A stretch of DNA of 64,000 nucleotides from an uncultured Myxococcales bacterium (GTDB taxonomy: Bacteria > Myxococcota_A > UBA9042 > PWKZ01 > CAYRCM01): assembly GCA_964422715.1 (NCBI GenBank), contig CAYRCM010000001.1:65331-129330 (forward strand), given 5' to 3'. Position numbers and translations under genes: made by a program. The notes beneath the pieces are model-generated. The model had not been told where the DNA came from. It was given only the letters and a program-made list of their open reading frames with translations, and did no database searches. How positions within the stretch are numbered: the first letter of the stretch is position 1; every line of letters starts with the position of its first letter. Below, in pieces: positions 57,445-64,000 of this stretch.

Positions 57445-58155
57445 ATGTCGAGAATCCGGACGCTGGTGGTCGCTGTCGTGGGCGCCCTGGCCATCTTCGA
57501 GGCCAGTCCGGGCCTGGCCGTCGAGAAGTACGAAGAAAACATCCGCGTCATCCAGCAGAAGCCGTTTCTGCGCAAGATGCGCGCCGAAGTGTCCCCGTTC
57601 TTCGGCGTCAACGTGAACGATGCTCGATTCCGCCACATGGGGTTGGGCTTCGTCGCCAACTTCTATCCGATCGAGAACCTGAGCGTCGGTGCCACCTACA
57701 CGACGTTCAACTGGTTCGGGCTCGGCGCCAGCAACGACCTGCTCGATTGGTCCTACATGACCGACGCCGGCAAGCGCAGCCAGCAGGATACGCTGCAGTA
57801 CCCTCGGCTCATCGACTTGCGCCAGTACGTGGGCGGCCAACTCTCCTATCTGCCCGTCTACGGCAAGTTCATTCTGTTCGGCACGTGGATCGTGCACTTC
57901 GACGCCTATCTCACGGCCGGCGCCGGTGCGTTCTGGACCCGCACCGGCGTCCATCCGTCGGGCAACATCGGGCTTGGCGCGCACCTGTTTCTCACGCGTT
58001 GGCTGACGCTCTTTGCCGAGTCGCGGGTGTTCATGCATCGCGAAGACTTCCGCGGCACGAACAGTCTCGGCGACGAATTCGTCACCAACGTCATGTTCCA
58101 GACCGGCTTCAGTTTCTTCCTGCCACCGAGTTTCACCTACCGGTACGCGAAGTAG
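57445..58155 (+). CDS. Small outer-membrane beta-barrel protein (236 aa), paralog 1
   Basis: MSRIRTLVVAVVGALAIFEASPGLA signal, then alternating beta-strand pattern. It is similar to the next ORF (shared ...EVSP..GV...D....R.MGLG....YFP...L.VG..... architecture). A weak sigma70-like promoter (TTGCAG-17-TACACT, 57310-57338) lies upstream. Confidence 0.6.
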   Translation: MSRIRTLVVAVVGALAIFEASPGLAVEKYEENIRVIQQKPFLRKMRAEVSPFFGVNVNDARFRHMGLGFVANFYPIENLSVGATYTTFNWFGLGASNDLLDWSYMTDAGKRSQQDTLQYPRLIDLRQYVGGQLSYLPVYGKFILFGTWIVHFDAYLTAGAGAFWTRTGVHPSGNIGLGAHLFLTRWLTLFAESRVFMHREDFRGTNSLGDEFVTNVMFQTGFSFFLPPSFTYRYAK

Positions 58156-58180
58156 AAAGGCGGTGGGGAGGAGAATTTCG

Positions 58181-58984
58181 ATGCGACGATGGCTACTGCT
58201 CGGGTGCGCGATTCTGGGTCTGGGCCTCTCCGTGGCGGCCGAAGCCCGGCAGGTCGACCTCTCGGAAGCGCCCATCATTCGTCAGCGCAACAACTGGCAC
58301 AAGGGCCGGTTTGAAGTCTCTCCGGCGATCGGCGTGACGCTCGACAACCTCTACGTGCGCAGCATGCTGCTCGGGTTGTCCGCCGAATACTTCCCGACAA
58401 CCTGGCTGGGCGTCGGCGTCGACTTCCGCTACGGGCTGCCCTTCAACACGGGCCTCGCCGACGACGTCGAGGGCTACGTCAATCGCTGGAACGATCGCGA
58501 GCGAAACCAGGTCCTCCAGGGTGAGAAAGATCCGCAGGATCAGCATCTTCAGGAGGCAAGTTTCACCCACATTGGCATCATCGCCGGGGCGCATCTAACG
58601 CTCATCCCCATCTCCGGCAAGTTCATGCTCTTCGATGCCGCCCAGTTGGCCTTCGACTTCCACTTCTTGGCTGGCGGTGGCTACGTGCGCGTGGCGGGTA
58701 CCGGCGACCTCAAGGATGCCGATACGTTCTATCCCATGCTCGGGGCGGGCTTCCGGCTCTTCATCCTCGACTTCTTCGGCATCTCGGTGCAGGTGCGCGA
58801 CTACATCGTGAAGATGGCTGAGACCTCGCCGCTCGGATACTACAACGTGGCGATGGACGAAGACCTGGGCCGTCTGACGTCCACGTTCGTCCGCGCTGGC
58901 GCTCGCAAAGAGTGGCGCAATAACTGGGAAATCACATTCGGCATCTGCTTCCAGTTCCCCACCGAACTCACGCACGAGCCCTGA
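58181..58984 (+). CDS. Small outer-membrane beta-barrel protein (267 aa), paralog 2
   Basis: ATG at 58181 preceded by GGGGAGGAG. MRRWLLLGCAILGLGLSVAAEA signal. Strand pattern homologous to the upstream ORF (FEVSPAIGVTLDNLYVRSMLLGLSAEYFPTTWLGVGVDFRYG). Confidence 0.6.
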   Translation: MRRWLLLGCAILGLGLSVAAEARQVDLSEAPIIRQRNNWHKGRFEVSPAIGVTLDNLYVRSMLLGLSAEYFPTTWLGVGVDFRYGLPFNTGLADDVEGYVNRWNDRERNQVLQGEKDPQDQHLQEASFTHIGIIAGAHLTLIPISGKFMLFDAAQLAFDFHFLAGGGYVRVAGTGDLKDADTFYPMLGAGFRLFILDFFGISVQVRDYIVKMAETSPLGYYNVAMDEDLGRLTSTFVRAGARKEWRNNWEITFGICFQFPTELTHEP

Positions 58985-58985
58985 C

Positions 58986-59465
58986 ATGAGCCTTTCCCGG
59001 CTGCGGCAGGTTGCGTTTTTCGCAGCCACCTTCTTGTGGCTTGCAAACTCTGCACAAGCGGGTCACTACGACCTCGTCGACATCGACCAGATCCCGGCGC
59101 CTGAACGCGAGCGGCTCGTCGGCCAGGGCGTCACCAACACGCTGCAACTGCTCGAACGCGGCGCCAAACGCAAGGATCGCGGGGCTCTCGCCCGCAAGGC
59201 CCAGATTCCGCGCAAGACGCTCGACCTTTGGGTGCGCTTCTGCGACCTGCTGCGGGTCGACGGCGTCGGTCCCAAGATGGCTGCGCTGTTCCAGGCCTGC
59301 AAGGTGTTCGAGGTCAAGACGTTCCGCAACGAGACCCCCGCGGCGTTGCTGCTCAAGATGCAGGAAGCCAACGCGCGCGAACAGATCTCCGAGATTCTGC
59401 CCACCGAGGGTCACCTCGAAGCATGGATCGGCCAGGCCAAGCGTCTCCCCATCATCGTCGAGTAG
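58986..59465 (+). CDS. DUF4332-like small secreted protein (159 aa)
   Basis: MSLSRLRQVAFFAATFLWLANSAQA signal, then ...LVGQGVTNTLQLLERGAKRKDRGALARKAQIPRKTLDLWVRFCDLLRVDGVGPKMAALFQACKVFEV, resembling the DUF4332 HhH-like repeat. It starts 1 nt after the preceding stop. Confidence 0.5.
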   Translation: MSLSRLRQVAFFAATFLWLANSAQAGHYDLVDIDQIPAPERERLVGQGVTNTLQLLERGAKRKDRGALARKAQIPRKTLDLWVRFCDLLRVDGVGPKMAALFQACKVFEVKTFRNETPAALLLKMQEANAREQISEILPTEGHLEAWIGQAKRLPIIVE

Positions 59466-59481
59466 CGACCGAGGTTTCTCC

Positions 59482-60933
59482 ATGCGAAAGCCGCTTGAGT
59501 GGGCCGCGCGCAGCCGCGCGCGGCTGGTGGTTTGTGCGCTGGTGGCGGCGGGCGGGCAGGTGGGCGTCTCCATCATTGGCGGACGGCTCCTCTGGCTCGA
59601 GTCCCACTCCGTGGTGGCCAATTTTCTGGTCACAGTGCTCTGGATGGGTCTTCTCGCCCTGTTCTCCTATGTCGAGGCGCTGCTTCTCGGCGACTTGCTG
59701 CTACCGGGCGCCTGGCGCGAACGGACGCTGCTCGGCAAAATCGACGTCCCGCTGCCGCGTCGCGATAGCGCCGACGCCTCGGCCGACGACGACGACGCGC
59801 CCCTCGAACCGGGCGGCATCAAGAAATACACGGTGCATTTCTCGCTGATCCTGACGGCCCTCATCGCTGGCAACGTCTTCCTGGGCAATATTCTGTCGTC
59901 CCATGCCCTTACCAACCTGAAGCGCATCCACTACGAGACCGTGCTGCGCTCCGACGGGAGGGATTCGCGCCTCGAAGTCATCGGCATCATTGCTGACATG
60001 CGTCAACCCGAGGAAACCACCGACTTCGCCCTCAGACTGGTCGGCCTGCTCGACGACGGCGACGCAGAGGTGGCCGTCGCGGCCGCCGACGGCCTTGCCC
60101 ACATCGCACGGCGCATGCGCCTCAGCATGGAAACCCTCGCAGAACGCAAGGAACCTCAACGCTGGGAGCGCGACCTGTACCAGAAACTACGGCGGGTGGC
60201 CGCGGAACCCTTGCGCAAGCAGTTTCGGCAGGGTTCAGCGGCGATGAAGCGTGCGACCGCCGGGGCGCTCGGGGCCCTCGAAGAAGAGGATGCCGTCGAT
60301 CTGTTCGTTTTGCAGCTCGGGCGTCCGCAGTGCGATGCGGCGACCGCCGAGGCCATCATCGTGGCGCTCGGAGACATGCGTTCGTTGTTCGGGCTCGACC
60401 CCCTCGTCTCGGTGCTCGCGGGCGACTATCCCGCCGCCGCACAAGTCAAGGCTTCCTGGGCGCTCGGCGAAATCATGGCGTCCTTCGAGCCCCAGCGGCC
60501 GCGTTCGCACCCGCTGGCCGACCAGGAACTCACGCGTGAACCCTACGGCATCGAAAAGGCCGTCACCTACTTGGGGCAGCGCCTGTTCACACTCTCCGAC
60601 GCGCGTGTTCGCTGTGCGCTGGTCAGCGGGATTCGCCGATTCCGAGACGCGCGCTTCGTCCGGCCGCTCCTCGATCTCTTCGAGCGCGCCGATAGCACGT
60701 ACGAGTGCCCGCGCGAGGAACTCGCGCGGCGCCACGGCGCGCCCGAGCTGCTGTCGCGTCCCGAATCCATCCGGATGAAGGTGCTCGACGCGCTTGCAGC
60801 CATGGCCGTGGGCAACGCCGAGGTTCGCGCCTGGGCCGAACGTCAGTCGGCCCGCGGCAACTTCGGCACGGAGCTGCAGCGCCAGATCGATCACTTGCTC
60901 GAACTTGTGCGGGCCAAGGAAGGGCCAAGGTAG
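59482..60933 (+). CDS. Membrane protein with HEAT/PBS-lyase-like repeats (483 aa)
   Basis: N-terminal TM helices (LVVCALVAAGGQVGVSIIGG; FLVTVLWMGLLALFSYVEALLLG; FSLILTALIAGNVFLG), then repeated AxxALG/AL..L..A-type helical repeats (DAEVAVAAADGLAHIA; AQVKASWALGEIM). The overlapping track ORF 59011-60933 is the same frame with spurious upstream extension. Confidence 0.5.
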   Translation: MRKPLEWAARSRARLVVCALVAAGGQVGVSIIGGRLLWLESHSVVANFLVTVLWMGLLALFSYVEALLLGDLLLPGAWRERTLLGKIDVPLPRRDSADASADDDDAPLEPGGIKKYTVHFSLILTALIAGNVFLGNILSSHALTNLKRIHYETVLRSDGRDSRLEVIGIIADMRQPEETTDFALRLVGLLDDGDAEVAVAAADGLAHIARRMRLSMETLAERKEPQRWERDLYQKLRRVAAEPLRKQFRQGSAAMKRATAGALGALEEEDAVDLFVLQLGRPQCDAATAEAIIVALGDMRSLFGLDPLVSVLAGDYPAAAQVKASWALGEIMASFEPQRPRSHPLADQELTREPYGIEKAVTYLGQRLFTLSDARVRCALVSGIRRFRDARFVRPLLDLFERADSTYECPREELARRHGAPELLSRPESIRMKVLDALAAMAVGNAEVRAWAERQSARGNFGTELQRQIDHLLELVRAKEGPR

Positions 60934-60937
60934 CGCC

Positions 60938-62215
60938 GTGCGCCTGTTTCGCGGCATTCGGCAGCTCGTAACCGTCGATCCGAGCCGCTCCGACGACGTT
61001 GCACCCGGTGCGCGCGCCTTGGGAGTCATCCCCGCTGCGGCGCTACTCGTCGACGACGCTGGCGTCGTCACGTGGCTCGGGCCGGAACGCGCCGCTCCCG
61101 CAATTGCCGGGATGAGAGTCGTCGACCTTGCCGGGAGCATCGTCACGCCCGGTTTCGTCGACTGCCACACGCACATCGTCTACGGGGGCGACCGCGCGGC
61201 CGACTTCGCGCAGCGCGCGGCGGGGGCATCCTACGAGCAGATCGCGGCGCGGGGCGGCGGCATCCAGACGACCGTCCGGGCGACCCGGGCGGCGCGCGAT
61301 GAAGACTTGCTCGCCAGCGCCGAGCGGCGACTGCGGCGACTGCTTTCCATGGGGGTGACCACGGCCGAGGTCAAGTCCGGCTACGGCCTCGACCCGCACC
61401 ACGAACTTCGTCTGCTGCGGGTCATCCGCGAACTCGGCCGCGTCCAGCCCGTCCGGGTCGTGCCGACGTTTCTCGGGGCCCACGTGGTCCCGACGGCGTT
61501 CGGCACGACGCGCGAAGCCTACGTCGCCGCCCTGCTCGATGACATGCTGCCGGCCGTCGCCCGCGACGGACTCGCCGAATTTTGCGATGTTTTCTGCGAG
61601 GTTGGCGCGTTCGACCTGGCGTCCAGTGCGCGCATTCTCGAAGCGGCCCGCGCGCTTGGCCTGGGCCTGAAGGTGCACGCCGAGCAGCTCAGTCATCTGG
61701 GGGCGGCGCGGCTGGCCGCACGCCTGGGCGCGACGTCGGCCGACCACCTCGAATTCGCCGACGCATCCGACGCCGAGGCCTTGGCCGCGGCGGGCACGGT
61801 CGCCGTGCTCCTGCCGGGGGCCTCTCTGTTCCTCGGCGCGAAACGTTGGGCGCCGGCGCGGCTGCTCCTCGATGCGGGGGTCGCAGTGGCCCTCAGCACC
61901 GACTGCAACCCCGGCTCGGCCAACACGACGCATCTGCCGTTGATGGCGACGCTCGGCTGCACCTGCCTCGCCATGGCGCCGCACGAGGCCCTGTGGGGTA
62001 TCACGCGTGCAGCGGCGCGCGCCGTGCGCCGCGAGAGCACAGCCGGACAACTTGCGCCGGGCCGCGCGGCCGACTTCGTTGTTCTCGATCTGCCGGACAT
62101 CGTCCATCTGCCGTACGAATTCGGGGCCAACCCGGTGCGCGCCACGTACATCCAAGGCCAGTGCGTCTACTCAGCCGCTCCAGAGTTCCGCCCGGGGGCG
62201 TCGATTGGCGATTGA
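60938..62215 (+). CDS. hutI: Imidazolonepropionase (amidohydrolase superfamily)
   Basis: GTG at 60938 gives MRLFRGIRQLVTVD... Motifs VTPGFVDCHTHIVYGGDRAADFAQRAAGASYEQIAARGGGIQTTVRATRAA, GVTTAEVKSGYGL, KVHAEQLSHLG, ADHLE and LSTDCNPGS match HutI. No hutH/hutU are in the window. Confidence 0.8.
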   Translation: MRLFRGIRQLVTVDPSRSDDVAPGARALGVIPAAALLVDDAGVVTWLGPERAAPAIAGMRVVDLAGSIVTPGFVDCHTHIVYGGDRAADFAQRAAGASYEQIAARGGGIQTTVRATRAARDEDLLASAERRLRRLLSMGVTTAEVKSGYGLDPHHELRLLRVIRELGRVQPVRVVPTFLGAHVVPTAFGTTREAYVAALLDDMLPAVARDGLAEFCDVFCEVGAFDLASSARILEAARALGLGLKVHAEQLSHLGAARLAARLGATSADHLEFADASDAEALAAAGTVAVLLPGASLFLGAKRWAPARLLLDAGVAVALSTDCNPGSANTTHLPLMATLGCTCLAMAPHEALWGITRAAARAVRRESTAGQLAPGRAADFVVLDLPDIVHLPYEFGANPVRATYIQGQCVYSAAPEFRPGASIGD

Positions 62216-62319
62216 CGCGGGTACCGCGCGGCATAAACTAGCGCCCGCAAGTGTTTTCGACTTGCCGCCTCGGGGGGGCGGGTGCAGCGCGGCGCGTATT
62301 GCGTTGTACGGAGGACAGC

Positions 62320-62811
62320 ATGAGTCATCGATGGTTGTTTGGGGCCGTCATCGTCGCCTCGTTCGTAGGCGTCTCGGACGCGGCGTGGTCGCAAGAGAGC
62401 GACCCAGGTACTGGCCAGGCGCGCATCCAACTCGGGGTTGAGTATGCCGTGCCCAAAGTCGACGGCGAGACCTACGACCAACACACCTTCGAGACGCCCA
62501 CGGTCCTGCTTCTGCAAGGACTCGACCGGGCGCAGAACTACACGTTTTCGCTCGTGCCCGGCACCGACCAGTACGAACCGGGCGAACTCATCATCGAACC
62601 GAAGTGCTGGAAACTGAAGAAGGTCGGCAAGAACCTCAAGGCATGGACCTGCGAGAAGGTCGTCAAGTTCAAGAAGGCCTCCAAGAAGCCGGCGACCGCA
62701 CCGGCGCCAGCACCGGTTCCGGCCCCACCTGACGACGTCCCGCCCATGCCGCCCGACGTCCCGCCCGTGCCGCCCGAGGCTCCGCCTGCGCCGCCGACTC
62801 CTCAGCCCTAG
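62320..62811 (+). CDS. Hypothetical secreted protein with Pro-rich C-terminus (163 aa)
   Basis: ATG at 62320 after GGAGGA. MSHRWLFGAVIVASFVGVSDAAWSQ signal; C-terminus APAPAPVPAPPDDVPPMPPDVPPVPPEAPPAPPTPQP. Confidence 0.45.
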   Translation: MSHRWLFGAVIVASFVGVSDAAWSQESDPGTGQARIQLGVEYAVPKVDGETYDQHTFETPTVLLLQGLDRAQNYTFSLVPGTDQYEPGELIIEPKCWKLKKVGKNLKAWTCEKVVKFKKASKKPATAPAPAPVPAPPDDVPPMPPDVPPVPPEAPPAPPTPQP

Positions 62812-62979
62812 TCCCGCCAATCTCAACCGCCGGCCCCCGCCGACGCCCGCGGGGCCCCAGGCTCCCGGTCTTCGTCAGTCCGTGACCCATTTCGTGGATG
62901 ACGGGCAGTCGAAACGGTAGGCTGGCTCGTTCGTGTCCGGCCTGCCGTTGGCTCGCAGTCGGGCGGGGCAGGGCGGCCC

Positions 62980-64000
62980 TTACGAACCGCTGCTGTCCAT
63001 AAGTTTTCGGATTTTCTTCAACAACTCGCTGTTGGCAGACTTGAGGTCGGCGACCTCGTTTCGCAGTTCCTCGTTCTCGGTACGCAGTTCGTCGAGGTCA
63101 CCGCCGCCTTCGGAGTCCTTTTTGCGCAGGGTCTCGATCTCCTGCTGGAGGGCGGCCAGGCGCTTGACACCGTCGCGCTGATCGCGTTCGTAGGATTCGC
63201 GAAGCATGCGCAAGCGGTCGTTTTCAGACGTGAGATCGGAGAGTTGCTGCCGCATCGTCTGCAGCGCGCCCGCCGACGTGCCCCCCGCGTTGGCGGCCTC
63301 GGTGGCTTCCTCGGCCGCAATGCGCGCCTTGTCCCGTTCGCGAATGGCTTGTTTCAACTCTCGTTCGATTGTGGCCGAGCGTTCCTCTGCCGCCTGGAGT
63401 TGCTCGCGCGTACGTTCGAGGCGACGCTGGTCTTCGCGCGCGCTCTCCAATTCCTTGCGCAGGGCGTCGCCGGTTTCGGCGAGCGGACGCAATTCGCGAA
63501 TTTCGTTGCGCAAACGTTCCAACTCCGCTTGCGCCGCAGTCAGAGTCTCGCGATCGGCACGAAGCCGCAGCACTTCTGCCCGGACTTCGAGCAATTCGGG
63601 CTCCAACTTGGCCAGTGTGGTCCGCGCCTCGTTGCGCTGCGTCTCGGCCTCGGCCAGAGCCGACTCGAGGCGTTCGCGTTCGCGCGCAAGGGCCCCGGTC
63701 TCGGAGCGCAGCTGGCCCACCAGCGTCTCGGACTCGGCCGCCGCGCGCTGCACCGTGGACAGACTTGCCCGCAAACCCTCGGTTTCGGTCTTGGCGTTGG
63801 CGAGTGCCTGCTCGAATTCGGCCTTGACGCGCTTGCCCGTACCTTCGAGGTCCTCGATGACGGCCAGCGCACGGCGTCTCTCGGTGGCGGTCTTCTCGTT
63901 CTCCTTGCGGAGTTGGTGCGCCTGTTCTTCGGCCGCATCGCGCGCGGCCAACGCGTTGTCGCGTTCTTTTTCGGCCGCAGTGAGCGAGACTTCGGCTTCC
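62980..64000 (-). CDS. Coiled-coil protein (partial, 5' end beyond window); Glu/Arg/Leu-rich heptad repeats
   Basis: The frame is open from 64000 down to the stop at 62980. The sequence ...LRSETGALARERERLESALAEAETQRNEARTTLAKLEPELLEVRAEVLRLRADRETL... shows a continuous coiled-coil signature. The start is not in the window. Confidence 0.55.
   Translation of the reverse strand, partial: EAEVSLTAAEKERDNALAARDAAEEQAHQLRKENEKTATERRRALAVIEDLEGTGKRVKAEFEQALANAKTETEGLRASLSTVQRAAAESETLVGQLRSETGALARERERLESALAEAETQRNEARTTLAKLEPELLEVRAEVLRLRADRETLTAAQAELERLRNEIRELRPLAETGDALRKELESAREDQRRLERTREQLQAAEERSATIERELKQAIRERDKARIAAEEATEAANAGGTSAGALQTMRQQLSDLTSENDRLRMLRESYERDQRDGVKRLAALQQEIETLRKKDSEGGGDLDELRTENEELRNEVADLKSANSELLKKIRKLMDSSGS

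Noticed and set aside
60794-60937. 5' extension of hutI (track start 60794) overlapping the HEAT-repeat gene
   Set aside because: The canonical HutI N-terminus (MRLFRGIRQLVTVD) begins at GTG 60938 immediately after the upstream stop; the extension is Pro/Ser-rich filler.

Overview
This 64 kb window is ~70% GC bacterial chromosome. The gene content looks like Myxococcota (many lipoproteins, Cys-rich MopE/TSP3-type repeat proteins, paired myxobacterial-type OM barrels), but the taxon is an inference. Annotation was done by reading the six-frame translations and the nucleotide sequence only; no searches were run, so all family assignments rest on recognised motifs. I call about 50 protein genes, one tRNA, and no rRNA, CRISPR array or IS element.

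Housekeeping blocks:
- tRNA-Val / infC / rpmI / rplT / ihfA / MerR-type regulator on the minus strand at 1-2.5 kb.
- mtnP / PfkB kinase / psd.
- CinA-like protein, a zinc-ribbon ORF and trmH.
- LysM-MepA endopeptidase.
- A translationally coupled heme operon (radical SAM, hemE, hemH, hemY).
- A PgpH-like 7TM-HD hydrolase.
- fadA plus a FadN-type fadB.
- dapA, ftsY and hutI.

Accessory regions worth a second look:
1. 41.5-50.1 kb: a cluster that looks like an envelope DNA capture/processing module. It has a ComEA-type HhH domain fused to an OM beta-barrel, a ~1180 aa lipoprotein with at least five lamin-tail-domain repeats, an HTH regulator fused to a degenerate thymidylate-kinase fold, and a stand-alone ComEC-C-terminal-type MBL lipoprotein. 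A perfect AT-armed palindrome sits in front of it.
2. 37.2-40.4 kb: an orphan P2 gpV/gp5-like spike with a convergent PAAR protein, a lipoprotein and a 10-Cys mini-protein, with no sheath, tube or baseplate in the window.
3. 22.8-27.3 kb: a coproporphyrin-type hemE-hemH-hemY set led by an AhbD/NirJ-like radical SAM/SPASM gene and no hemQ/chdC in the window.
4. 13.6-22.6 kb: three disulfide-rich repeat lipoproteins bracketing a 2-hydroxyacyl-CoA-dehydratase-like gene pair that has no activase.
5. 50.2-55.8 kb: a MoxR / DUF58 / giant membrane protein module.
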